A DNA stretch of 64,000 bases from Callorhinchus milii (Eukaryota). Location: NCBI RefSeq assembly GCF_018977255.1, contig NW_024704742.1, positions 121,956,001 through 122,020,000 on the forward strand. Direction: 5' to 3'. Of this stretch, positions 1 through 12,374 are shown in pieces; within the stretch, counting starts at the first letter, position 1, and each line of letters opens with the position of its first letter. The notes below the pieces were generated by a model, which was not told where the DNA came from, did no database searches, and was given only the letters and a program-made list of their open reading frames with translations. A program made the position numbers and the translations under genes.

Positions 1-1000
1 TCCCTCTTGGTGACATTATCTGCAGGGGTCACTTCCACATGTATGCGGATGACACCCAACTCTACCCCTCTGCCTCCACCCTTGACTCCAGGACCACTGC
101 TGTGCTGACAGAATGTCTGTCAGACATCAAGTCTGGATGAGAGCTAACTTTCTTCAGTTGAACGTCAACAAGACCGAGGCTCTCCTGATTGGCTCCTGTC
201 AGTGCCTCCACACCTAAGGCACTGACAGCATCACCATCCATGGTTGCACACTCCACCTTGCTAAGCCAGTCCGGAACTTTGGAGTCTTGTTTGACCCTCA
301 ATATCCTTTCTACCCCACACCTGTGCCATGACCCGCTCTGCCTTCCCCCACCTCTGCAAAGTCGCCCGGCTCCAACACTGTCACTGTCCGCAGGCCACCG
401 AAACCCTCATACACATATTCATAACATCAAGGCTCGACTAGGCAAACTCATTGCTTGTCGGCCTCCCCAACTCCTCCCTCCACAGGCTGCAGATCATCCA
501 GAACTCTGCAGCCCACACTAGGCTCTGCGACCCTATCACCCCCATCCTCGCTCGGACTCCACTGCCTTCCCATCACACAGGGGATACAGTTCAAGATCCT
601 GGTCCTCACCTTCAAAGCCCTCCACAGTCTTGCGCCCCCTACCTCTGCAACCTCCTAACACCCTACCATCCTGTTTGCTCCCTCTGCTCAACGGGCTCCG
701 GCCTGCTTCATGTCCCCCACCTTGCTCGCTCCACTATTGGCGGCTGAGCCTTCTGACACTCTGCCCCCACCCTCTGGAACTCCATCCTGCAGTCCCTCCG
801 TCTTGCCCCCTCCCTTGCCTCCTTCAAGGCCCATTTCAAGACCCTCCTCTTCAACCGTGCCTTCGAATATCCTACTTCCCCCCCTGCCCTCCACCCTCCC
901 CAAACACGACCTCCAGCTCGGGTCTGAAACGCTATCTGTCCAGTGCCTTGGGACATCCTCCCGACATGAAAGGCGCTTTATAAATGTAATTTTGTTGTTG
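1..1000 (+). mobile_element. L2-clade LINE, 3' portion (RT C-terminus, 3' UTR, stem-loop tail); decayed, runs off the window edge
   Basis: HMYADDTQLY (YADD at 42-53); [23 protein letters not shown] and APTLWNS-like motifs in shifted frames; tail GCCTTGGGACATCCTCCCGACATGAAAGGCGC followed by (TTG)n. Confidence 0.93.
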
Positions 1001-1319
1001 ATATAAATGATAATCCTTGAAATAACACCTTTCACATTGGATGTCCCAAATTCCTTCATAGGATATACTTTAAAGTTTAAAGTTCCCTGCAGGGCTTCAG
1101 TGCACAACTATAATTTTATTTCTGTAAGAGATAACATAAAACAAGGTGTAGCTGAAGTCGACTATACTAATAGATGTTTTATAGATGATAACAATATTTT
1201 GGAGAAATTACGTTAGGAGCTTGCCTAGCAGGCTTGATAGGGAGTACTCAATTTTGTACTTGTCAAATATTGAACAACAAGTTGTGGACTCTCCTCTGTG
1301 GGAGGGGGTAGTGAGGTCT

Positions 1320-2080
1320 CCTTGGAGCTAAGGTGGCTCCAAGATGACATGCTTGGCAATGGGATATTAAAATCAAGTCACCTTTCTGTAGAGGTCTCTG
1401 TAGTAGTTTCTAGCCAGGTGGATTTACAGTCTACAATACACTGCTGATAACAAACCAACCAGCCAGATTCATTGACAGGACATGGAAGGGCAGAATGGTC
1501 ACTGGAAGCAGGGATTCATCCCACTCAGCTCCAATTGACCCTGCAAGTCAAAACCTAAATGGGTAGGGTGGTCCTAGCTGGGCAAGCAGTTGGAAACTAA
1601 ACATTGTTCGAAAAGGCAAGCTATACCGATAACATGCACCTAAAACTCAATGGAATTAGGTAAGCAGGATCCATCCCTCCAAGGAGAGAGTGAACATTCC
1701 ACTCTAGCATGGGAAATGTCCATATGTAAGTGGCATACACATGTGGAACTTGCAGTCTGGTTTGAATAATGTTTAGCATGGTGTGTCAGACACCTTAGCT
1801 GACTCAAAAGAATTGGCAAGATTTGGACTTTGCATAGATGGCCATATGTTGTGGTTAATGATAGAAAATGATGATGATTTTTTTTTGAAGACAATGGACA
1901 GCATTTCAAGAATTTACAATGTCTGGGAGAGAATACCACGGGAGGAGAAGTTGAGCTTTGATGTTGGTGTTCGTACAGACAATTTAATACTGACAACGTT
2001 TTGAGGTGGTACTTTTGCAACAACTCTTGTGATCCAACTGCACAGATGAGATTTGGGTTCAGTATAAAAAGCCTCATAAA
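1320..2080 (+). mobile_element. Probable ancient RTE-clade LINE 5' remnant (5' UTR plus start of AP endonuclease)
   Basis: LAWCVRHL, KELARFGLCID and IPREEKLSFDVGV resemble the RTE endonuclease start (TWNVRTL...RELARYNIDIAAL...EERxHGVGF); 1320-1690 has an inverted homolog at 29140-29530. Clade call is from remembered motifs only. Confidence 0.45.
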
Positions 2081-2139
2081 CCTGAATTCTGCACTTTTTT
2101 AAAAAAAACTCAATGAAAGATGTTCACAGCACCAAATAC

Positions 2140-2585
2140 TGTTGTTGCTGAAAATAACCCAAAGTGAGGGGTTAAGGGAATTTTATTGAATGCTCTATCA
2201 AAAATGATGGTTGAAGCAGAATGCATAGTAGCTTTTAAAATGAATTAGACCAAATACCACAAGATCACCAGATTAGTATGGTTAAAGAAGGTCCATTGGC
2301 CCATCTGATCTCATCATTCCAGAATACCCACCCTACCAGTGTAGAGTGGGTATTCTGGACTCAATTACCTTTCCTGGCAACCTGTTCCAGTCATCAAAAG
2401 GAGACATATAAAAGGATATGGAGTAAGGCAGGGGAGTGGAACTTTAGGCAGCTTGGGATGTGCTCTTGATGTGTAAGGAGCTATATAAATGTAAATTTGT
2501 ATTTGCAAACAATTTTTGAAGACATTCCTGATGGGTTGAATGGCCTTTTCTGTGGTGAAAATTTCTAATTTAGTGATTCTGCGAA
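2140..2585 (+). mobile_element. Old CR1-like 3' end with nested small fragments
   Basis: ATGGTTGAAGCAGA...GGATATGGAGTAAGGCAGGGGAGTGG...GATGGGTTGAATGGCC matches the CR1 3' ends at 38470-38780 and 55000-55190. Confidence 0.6.
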
Positions 2586-3229
2586 TCCCTGCGCTAAATC
2601 CAACAAGTCTCTAATGTATTGATAATAATTGTAGACCTGCCTATAACAAAAATGCAGTACACCATGCTTCTGGCTCTGACAGCCTGGCTTGTTACACCAG
2701 AAAATGTGTCTTCTGGGTCATCAGATCACCACTGATTTGTTTCCTAGGCTATGTTCAGTAAGCATAACTATGTTAATCTGACAACATGGAAACTGGCCAT
2801 TTTTCAGTGCTTTATATTGTAGTGTCTGAGTTGATGGAACCAACCCACTGCATTATAATGGGATTACTCTGTAAATCCTAGGCACCACAGGTAGATGTGC
2901 TTAAAAGTGCAGCAAATTCCATAATTAGTGTCTTGCTATTGAGTATTCTAGAATCATTATAAGTGGGGTATCTAATGTGTCATTGCACTTTACACAAATC
3001 CTGTGAAGTGCTTTGACAAGTTTCAACAACTTAGTGATAAGGTGTTATATCAAATACAAATATTATTTTTCCAGCTGAAATTTTACCATGATATCAATAT
3101 TACCATGAAGTTACAATTTACAAATGGATTGTGGGGCTGTGTTGATGAGTTTGCCAAATTCTGGATGCAGTGAAATGCTTGGGATCGTAGTCAGAGGTTC
3201 TCCCAGAGTCCTGGTCAACAATCCACCAG

Positions 3230-3400
3230 AGAAAAAATTGGAACATTCACAATATGGCTGTTTGCAGGACATTATTGTGCACAAATTGGCTGCCACATTC
3301 ACCTACAAATACAGTCAATGCACATAACAATAATTCCAATTGATTAGTTTGAGACATTTCAACGTAAAAAGACACTATATCAAATGCAAGGATTATTATA
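3230..3400 (+). mobile_element. Old DeuSINE-type 3' fragment
   Basis: GCTGTTTGCAGGACATTATTGTGCACAAATTGGCTGCC body and CTATATCAAATGCAAGGATTATTAT tail. Confidence 0.75.
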
Positions 3401-3476
3401 AATGGAATACATCCAGTATTGTTCTGTATTCCTTTTTGTGTATCCTGTCTATATGTGCAGGAAGTCAGGTTAAAAA

Positions 3477-3746
3477 GAGACCTGGGTTCGATTCCCGGCA
3501 GGGTGAAACCTTGGGCAAGTTTCTTTACTCCACGCCTTAATAATAATAAAAAATAATAATAAAATTGGTCACTTCAATCCACGACTGTTTGTGGGACACT
3601 GCTGTGCGCAATTGGCTGCCGCGTTTCGCCCACAAATGTACAGTCAAATCACTTTACAGTACATTCTGTGAAGCGCTTTGAGACGTCTAGAACTCGTGAA
3701 AACCACTATATCAAATCCAAGGATTGTTATTATTACTATTATTATA
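3477..3746 (+). mobile_element. tRNA-derived SINE, young family, short (internally deleted) variant, 5'-truncated
   Basis: B box GGTTCGATTCC, shared body and (ATT)n tail; lacks the ~65-bp internal segment of the long copies. Confidence 0.92.
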
Positions 3747-5429
3747 TCAGGCACCAACAACTTTAGTAAATGCTTTAAGAATATTCTTGGATCAAACTTG
3801 ATTCACTAACCGGTCCCATTTCTATGAGTCAGTTGAAGTGATCTTATCATGTGCATGATTGCATCATGCACTCTCCAGGAACTGGAGGAAGTCAGGTTAA
3901 AAATAGACTGCAAGGTACAGCTCCAAACTGCTCAGCTCACCAACCAGAAACCCGGTGCCTCTCACAATGATACCCGAGTTGGAAATTCACCTGGAATGCG
4001 CTCTTTTTAATCATAATATAGGATTTGTTTTAAGATTACACTGGGAATATCAGGGTGTGAAGATAATTTCACTGAGGAATTGAGGTAATATTCTAAACTA
4101 TATTGGATGAGTTTAATTTTAATCATGCTCCCCAGTTTTTGTTTGACGTTTGGAGTGGCATTATTTCAACCCATGGAAATCTGTAGCTGGCACTCGGAAG
4201 TTGGACTTCCTTTTTCAGGGGGAGAATTATAGACAGTAATCACTTTAGGATTAGAAGGATTTATTTCATTTTGAAGTGTTGATGGGGAAACATTGCTGTT
4301 CTTCATTCATTTTTAAGTTTTAAAATGATTTGCAGTGCAATTGCTAATCTTAATCACTGTTGCTAGCAACAGCGATGCTGAAATAATTGGTTCAAACCCT
4401 TTAAAGTTTGCAGCAGCTTTACTGCCTAACATTCAGCACTATAAATCATATTTTAGCATTTATTGGACGTTAAACATCCCATAGCACTAATCCTGTAAAT
4501 CCTGTGAAGCTCTTTGGGACGTCCTCCGGCTATGAAAGGCGCTATAACCAAATTCAAGGATTATTATTTTCAAGTCAATCTTGAAAGTTTGAGATTTTCA
4601 AATGTACCTTTTAAAATGCTTTGAATAAAGACGACCTAATAAAAATAATGGTGTTAAATAATAATTCTGTGGAATTGAAATCTTATCTTTTAGAAGTTGT
4701 GCCATGAAGGTACAATACACAAGAATTTTGTAGATTTTAAACATTAATTTTAGAAGTTGAAAGTAGAAAGGCCTCATCAAAGATATCATTTAATATTTGA
4801 TTGACCAATTCTAATACTGTACATTCAAAAGAACCAAAAAACTTTGAAAAAAATCAAAACTGATTTAACAATAAGCAGCCTCTTCTAATGGTTCACATGG
4901 CACCTAGCGCCAACTGTGATTCTACATTGTTATATTGTTTTAAAAAATTGTCAGTTTGTTTTAGACCAGATGTAATCATAGAGCTACTTTGTGTGTTTTT
5001 TTGCTGAAATGCACAAATCAATATGTTGTTCTAATGGCATACAGAAGCTTCAAAGAAATGGGTTTCCTTTTAAGATTGTTGCTTGGAAACCATTTTCTAC
5101 ATGGCTGATCTCGCCTTTGACTGACCGACTGACTGAAACTGAGTATGTTTTCTCCCAGGATTAAATGGTGTTAGGTTGAGCTCGTGTCATATGTTGAAGA
5201 TACCAACGCTTTCACCTATTCCTCTTAAATGCATTATTTGTAAATAGCTGGGTGATCTCCAGTGCTGTCTTTTATTCTTTTATTTATCACCATATTTCTC
5301 CTGCATGCCAGACCGTGAGGTGGACTCTCATCTCTACTTCTGAATGGGCAGATGGACTTTATGCTTCCAGTGCTCTGCCAGCGCATCCTTTGCCTGGTAG
5401 TTAGGAATATATTGCCCACCCAAAACATT

Positions 5430-5923
5430 GCTCTCTAGTCTTCCCGTGTCCTCTCCCGCATCAAACTCCGTGACCCCATCTCCCTCACTCTTGCCCGACT
5501 CCACTGGCTCCCTAATCCTTCAGAGGATCCAGTTCAAGATCCTGGTCCTCACATACAAAGCCCTCCATGACCTCGCCCCACCCTACCTCTGCGACCTCCT
5601 AACCCCCTACCAACCCGCCCGTTCCCTCTGCTCAGCCGGCTCTGGCCTGCTCCACGTCCCCCACCCCACCCGCCCCACCGTTGGCGGGAGAGCCTTCAGC
5701 CACTCTGCCCTCAACCTCTGGAATTTCATCCCCCAGTCACACCGCCTCGCCGCCTCCTTCAAGACCCATCTCTTCGACCATGCCATCGGCCACCCCTCTT
5801 CCCCTCCCCTCCCTTCTCCCCCCCTGACCCCAGCTCAGGTCTGAAATACTGTACACTGTCCAGCGCCTTGGGATGTCCTCCTGACGTGAAAGGCGCTATG
5901 CAAATGTAATCTTGTTGTTGTTA
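5430..5923 (+). mobile_element. L2-clade LINE 3' fragment
   Basis: QRIQFKILVLTYKALHDLAPPYLCDLL...RAFSHSALNLWN; tail with stem-loop and (TTG)n. Confidence 0.93.
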
Positions 5924-6134
5924 TTCCCGCTCTCTGACAAGAGGTGCTGCAAGCTCTGCCCAGTGCCTCTGCATTGGATGTAGCTCATATAGGGAACAGC
6001 AGATTTTCTTAAAAAATCCTTGTCCTGACATTAAAATTCTTTCTCTCCAATCTCCTCCATCCCTATTCTCCTGCCCATACCCTTTGCTCCTCTATCTCTG
6101 ATCTGCTTTTTTTTTTCCTCACTGGCAATAGGGT

Positions 6135-6452
6135 GGATAGCTTCATTGGTTAGAGCACTCGCTTTGCAAGCGAGAGACCTGAGTTCAATTCCAGGCAGAG
6201 GGCGAAACCTTGGGCAAGTTTCCTTACTCCACACGCCTAATAATAATTCCTTCAAAAAACAAAACAATAATAAATTGGTTATTTTTAATCTACGACTGTT
6301 TGTGGGACATTGCTGTGCGCAATTGGCTGCCGCGTTCGCCCACAAATATACAGTCAATTCACTTTACAGTGTGTTCTGTGAAGCGCTTTGGGACGTCCTC
6401 CCGACGTGAAAAGCGCTATATCAAATGCAAGGATTATTATTATTATTATTAT
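6135..6452 (+). mobile_element. tRNA(Ala)-derived SINE, young short variant with CTCCC-loop tail
   Basis: Anticodon-like arm CTCGC-TTTGCAA-GCGAG, B box GAGTTCAATTCC, tail AGCGCTTTGGGACGTCCTCCCGACGTGAAAAGCGCT and (ATT)n. Confidence 0.95.
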
Positions 6453-7404
6453 TGGAAGAGCAAACAATAGGATAGATATGATGGGCTGAATGTCTTCCTT
6501 CTGTACTGTAAATGTTCTATGATTCTTACGAACAGATCAACTGCAGCAACAGATAAATTCAGAAGTGTGGGGGTGGGGGGAAATACGATCTGATGGAATT
6601 ATATTGGATGAAAACGGAAATGCTAATCTTTAAATAGACCATTATGGCATGAGTGTACGATTGAATTATTTTTCCCAAACTCTCCTCATGTGAACGTGAT
6701 GGTCACATTTATAACCGGTTTACCAGATGTGAGAGCAAACTTGTAATCTGGATTCAAAACTATTGGAAATTGCATTTAAGTTTTAAATAAATTATGTGCA
6801 TTTCATATATAAAATTTTCCTGCGTAACATTTTATTTCTCATTAATATAATTCCGGGTCTGGAACGCTTAGAGATGTTCTTTTATTTAAAAGGTGCGTCT
6901 AGTTGTATATTTTGTTGAATTCTTAAGAAACCCAGTCTTGAAACCATTTGGCTGGGTTGGATGAAGCTCCAGGAAATAGTGTTTGAACACTGGTCCATTG
7001 GAATGATGCACTGATGTCAGAGAACTGAAAAAATCTGAATTCGTTACAAATTGCTGAACTAATGTTGACCTCATATTTATTTTGATTTATTTCTTTGTTT
7101 CTCATCTATTTCAGCCCTCACCCAAAAATGGTTTTACATTTTTACGGGTTAAAGGTCCATAGGTGCCAGAACCCTCCCAAGTATTTCACCCAACTGGCTG
7201 GTACTTAGCTCAATGTTCAGATCTGATCTGTGACTGCAACGATTGGCAAGCTACATGGACATGGGAGGCATCATAACCAAGGCTAATCTAGACATTCCTC
7301 ACCCATTCATTTTCTGGAGGTTATAGAATAACAATAATAACGCTGGCCTACTTTTCGCCTCCCTTACTCTGGGTGCTTTGACCTATTGTCAACCTTTAGT
7401 AAAC

Positions 7405-7820
7405 ATTGGCCTGCTTCATGTCCTCCCCTGATGCACCTCACCATCAGTGGGCGAAGTTTCAGCCATTCTGCCCCCGTTCTCTGGAAATCCATCTCAGAGT
7501 CACTGTAACTTGTCCCTTCCCTCCCCACTTTTAAAGCCCATTTAAGACTTAACTCTTTTGATTGTATTTCTGGTTCAAACCTGAAATCGATAGATTTTTA
7601 AAAACTTAAGGGATATGGGGATAGGGCGGGTAAATGGAAATAGGTTAGAAGATCAGCCACGGTTTTATTAAATGGCAGGGCAGGCTTGAGGGACTGAATG
7701 GCCTACTCCTGCTCCTATTTCTTATGTTCTTATGTTCTCTCCTTCCCTTGGGCTAGGGTATCCAATCAGCTGTGTAAAGTGCTTTGAAATGTCCACCCGA
7801 CATAAAAGGCATTGTGTTTT
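7405..7820 (+). mobile_element. Old L2 3' fragment interrupted by a CR1 3' end (about 7580-7737)
   Basis: GGCCTGCTTCATGTCC and TTCAGCCATTCTGCCCC L2 motifs; the insert is near-identical to 55040-55190 and ends in TCTTATGTTCTTATGTTCT. Confidence 0.82.
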
Positions 7821-8224
7821 TACTTCCATCCTGTGTGGATCTGGAACTTGGAAACTTCCCCTTCTACATGGCTCAACTTTGGATAAACTCACTCACCATT
7901 GAACATTCTACCTGTTACCTGGTATCTATTTTGGTCAAAATTATAAAGGAACAAAATGAAAGCTGAAGAATTTTGGTTCTAAAATGATTCAGCAGGAATT
8001 ACCTAATTTCCATGTATGAATTGATGTATTTTTCCACTGACTGGTGCAAAGTTTGATTTAATGTGGAGAAAACTATTTAATAAGCAGTTAGCATAAGTTG
8101 GAAACTGTGCACGTGAATGACAGTGCCTTTTTTATAATCTTCAGATTTGTGCTGTTACGTTTTAAAATTGGTAAATTGTAAGTAATAAAAAATGCAGTGC
8201 AAGTAAGGCGTTTACCAGTAAGTG

Positions 8225-8648
8225 GCTGGCTAAGATGATTGTAATCTCACCTATGAGTCAAAAAATTGTGGATTCAAGCCCACCATTGGGACTTTGAACT
8301 CATAGTCCAGGTTGAAACCCCAACATAGCGGTGAGGGAGATTGCGCTGCATTGTCAGAGATGCCCTCCTTCAGATTAGATGTTAAACCAAGGTATTCAGG
8401 TTGATGTTAAAGATCCCATGACACTATTGGAAAAGAGAAGTGAGTTTTCACGGTGGCCAACAATCCCCAAGATAAAATTGGATATTCACTTTATAGTTGT
8501 TTGTGGAACATTGCTGTGTGCAAATTGGTTGCTGCATTTTCCCACAACATATATTGTCACTGGACTCACAGTAAAAAAAATCCTGTGAAGTGCTTTGAGA
8601 CATTTCAACAACATGATTAGGTGCTATATCAAATCCAAGGATTATAAT
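8225..8648 (+). mobile_element. DeuSINE (SacSINE1/AmnSINE1-like), near full length, decayed
   Basis: TGCATTGTCAGAGATGCC...GATGTTAAACCAAGG...AAAGATCCCATG Deu-like core, then the shared body and tail. Confidence 0.8.
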
Positions 8649-9012
8649 ACATGCAGGTTGAGAAAGGTCTAAAAATCTTTAATGAGATGGGATGTGAAAA
8701 AAAACACTTTCATCTAAGGTTGTTTTTCTATCTCTAGAATAAAGTGAGGTGTGGCATTATTCCTCTGACATTAATTCTCTGGTTCCCCAACAATAATCTA
8801 TTTACCAGGCTAAACATTCGCTATCTGTTTTAAAACCTTTTGTTCTAAAGCTTTCATACAATTAGCCATTAGATCTTGGAAAGTGTGTGCAGGCATCAAC
8901 AAATCGATTGCTTGAACCTGTTTGAAGTTGATTTACACTGAAATCCTAGATTGTGATGCTCTGTAACAGTGAGGTGAAAAATGTAACATTTGATACGATC
9001 ATTTTCATTGGT

Positions 9013-9334
9013 GATAATAATAATAATAATCCTTGCATTTGATATAGCGCTTTTCACGTCGGGAGGACGTCCCAAAGCGCTTCACAGAACACACTGTAAA
9101 GTGAATTGACTGTATATATTTGTGGGCGAACGCGGCAGCCAATTGCGCACAACAATGTCCCACAAACAGTCGTAGATTGAAAATGACCAATTTATTATTG
9201 TTTTTGTTTTCTGGAGGGATTATTATTAGGCGTGTGGAGTAAGGAAACTTGCCCAAGGTTTCGCCCTGCCTGGAATTGAACTCAGGTCTCTCACTTGCAA
9301 AGCGAGTGCTCTAACCACTGAGCTACAGGACTCC
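9013..9334 (-). mobile_element. tRNA-derived SINE, young short variant, full length, CTCCC-loop tail
   Basis: Reverse complement starts GGAGTCCTGTAGCTCAGTGGTTAGAGC (A box); near-identical to 6135-6452. Confidence 0.96.
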
Positions 9335-9642
9335 GATAATGTGATAATTATCACATCACATACAACACTTTTCAAGCCACTATTAATCTATTATGTACTT
9401 CCATAACAAATTTTTAGTCATGTTGTTTGTTCAAAAAAACATTTTTTACTTGGTTTGTCAAGAAGCCACGGTTTTACATAATGGCAGATGGGAAAACGAG
9501 AAGTATTTAAGCAGATTTTTTCTCACCCGGAAATCGGTCATTAATATCAACTGTTGCCTAAACAGCACAAAGGCTCTGAGATCACTCTCTGAGATATATA
9601 TCTGTTCCAATCAGGAATTTGCGATACTCTGAATCAAATCAA

Positions 9643-9705
9643 TAACAACAACAACTTGGATTTATGTAGCGCCCTCCACCCCGAACGGTATCTCAGAGCG
9701 CTTAA
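9643..9705 (-). mobile_element. Tail-only L2-type insertion
   Basis: (CAA)n plus stem-loop; near-identical to 47217-47280 and related to the tail at 16600-16662. Confidence 0.75.
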
Positions 9706-11964
9706 TCAGAAGCAGAAATCAGAAGGAAAGGACATTCTAAGATATCCAAACCAGGATTGTTGTTCAATTTGGAATGAGACTCTGAAGCAAGGAGCAATCT
9801 TATCGCCGTTCGCCAGTAGCATAAAAAATAGCAGTTTAATAAATTAATAATAACAAGCCTAAGGTTTGATATAGTGCCCTTCACATTGGGAGGACATGCT
9901 AAGCGCTTCACAAGATTTATTGTGAAATAAAGTGACTGTATATTCGTGGGCAAAGAGTGTTTCTCTTGGTATCCTGGCCAACAATCTCCCTCAGATAGAA
10001 AAATTGGCTGTGTGCAGAACAAGGGCGTGCGTAAATTGGCTGCTGCGTTTGTCTACAAATACAGTCATTAGACTTTTTAGAAAAAGCTATGTGAAGTGCT
10101 TGTGATGAGGCATGATACCAAATTCAATTTTTTTNATTGATCACAATCTCTTTGAAGGCCATCAGCGCAGTTTTTGCTTGGTGGTTAGCTGGTCATATAA
10201 CTTGGTGTAATCAGTAAATGTTAGATGAGGCCCAACGAAGGTAGTTAGATTCTGAAGGGGTCTGTTATGTACAAATTGGTATTTGTGTATAATCAGATTT
10301 TTTAAGTGTTTGTGCTGGCAAGTGCTGCATTGACCAGAATGTACAGCAAGCACTTGGGGTAGTTGGATTGGCAGCAGCTGAATTTTTGGCTACTACTGGC
10401 TTCACTCTACCTCCGCTGTGAAAGGAAAGTCTAAAGCAGTGCCTGGCTCCTCCAATGTTTGAAAACCAACCGAAAAGGTTTTAACATGTCTTTTTGTAAT
10501 CACACCTTTATAGCAGCAGCATTGTGCTTTCGTTTGGCTATTACCTTCTGCAGACAGATATGAAATCAACATTTGATAAGTGCATTGCAGGTGGTCTGTA
10601 GAAGATAGTGTTTATTGCACCTGCAGCATAAACTCAGAATGTGGGCCAACATGGCAAGATTTGAGCTGTTCAGTAGTAGAGTGTTCCATGGACTTAGTAT
10701 ATCATGTCAATACTCTATATACATCTAAGCGAATTACTACAAGACATCAGTTCAGAGGAACCATTTCTCTTGTACTGGTTTATAAGCCATAGTAAATGGG
10801 AGGAAGGAGTTAATGTACAGACACTTCTAAGATAATTGCCCACCTCAGACCTCCAAGTTCTCTCCAGGGAGGGCTTACTGAGTGAGGGAGGATTGCTGGA
10901 AAGAAAAAGTGGGGTCTGGTAGATATTTTGCAATTGTATTTTGCAATTGTATTTTGTTCTGAAGTAATCGGTTTGCAGTTTTCTATCATAGTTTCAGCTT
11001 TATTGCATCTGTTTATCATGTAGATCTCAAAACCTAGATGCCATATAAAGTATAATAGAATAATCCTCACATTTGAAATAGCGCCTTTAATGTTGGGAGG
11101 AGACTCAAAGCTTCACAGGATTTATTGTAAAGTGTAGTGACCGTATATTTTGGAGGCAAACGTATCCTGTACTATATATAAATACATAAACCTGCACTTT
11201 TATTTATTTTTGCTCGAAATACATCATTCACGTCAGCTCGACATGAAAGGTGCTATACAAATGCAATTTTGTATTGTATTGTCTATTCTTCTGAAAAACA
11301 TTTTAAGAGATATGATTTTGGAGATCTAATGACGAATCCTATTCTGAACACAAGGTAAAAGAGAAGAATCGAATGAGAAGAACAAGCCCAATAGAAAGGT
11401 GAAATTGTTTTGCGTTTCTCTGTGAACTTGTGAAATTGTTTCAACGAACCTCTAAGCAGCTTTAGTTTGCGTAATAGAATTGACATCTGCTAAACAACAC
11501 ACTTTTCAAACTAGTGCACATTATTAAGATTATGTAACAGTACGTTATTAAGACTAGTCAATCATATAACAAGGGAAGTCTGCAATATCAAAGTCCTAAC
11601 TCCAAGCTGACAATAACAAAGACAGATTTACGTCAGCAGAAATGTTCAATTCTTTAATTCTGTGGCAGGTACTCGGTGCATTGTACTTATGCACGTCGAG
11701 TCTCAGCTTTCTTTATCTGTCAAGGTACACTCTTTCATGAACATCATTGGAGTTCACAATGTTCAGAACAACTTATTCACAAATATGAATAATAAGCATC
11801 GCAACTACAAGAGACGAGAGGCTTATTATTCATGGAAAGAAAGCTGTGGTCAATAGAATTTATAAAACTGGGGTTTGATCCATTTGTGTTAAAGCAACGA
11901 AATGAAAGCAGGAAATTTCTATCCTTTTAATCTATATTACGACTGACATTTGTAATTACAAACC

Positions 11965-12350
11965 AGTTGTTTTTCTTCCCCCGCCAATGTTCTGCTCTCC
12001 TCTCCTGAAATTGCTGGCACACCATGCTGTACAGTTCCTCAGGTGCAGGTCACCTTCTGAAACCAGACCAAAGTACTAAAGGCATTCTTCTTGTGTGAGT
12101 CTAGACAGAGAATACAAGCATATAATTCAAGCAGGTATGAAAGTCAAGCCCAATCCCACCTCTCCTGATCCCAGGCCTCTTGGCAGCAGGACTAACTAAC
12201 TATACAGGACTTAGAATTGGTTTATTTTATTTTAACCCCTTCCTTTCCCTTAGCCCAGGGATGATGAGGCTAACGGTACTGTCCATACTGCCATCCTGGC
12301 TGCCTCAATACACACCGATCCGATATGGAAGATTTCCAGTGTTTGTTTTC
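11965..12350. repeat. Ancient interspersed repeat, family unassigned (related pieces at about 7150-7390 and 41295-41420)
   Basis: Shared motifs CTCTCCTCT..., ACCCAAGTG/ACCAAAGTA, CATTCTTC.TGTG.GTCT.GACA between copies; low identity. Confidence 0.4.
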
Positions 12351-12374
12351 AAAAGATTCCTAACCAATTAAGAA

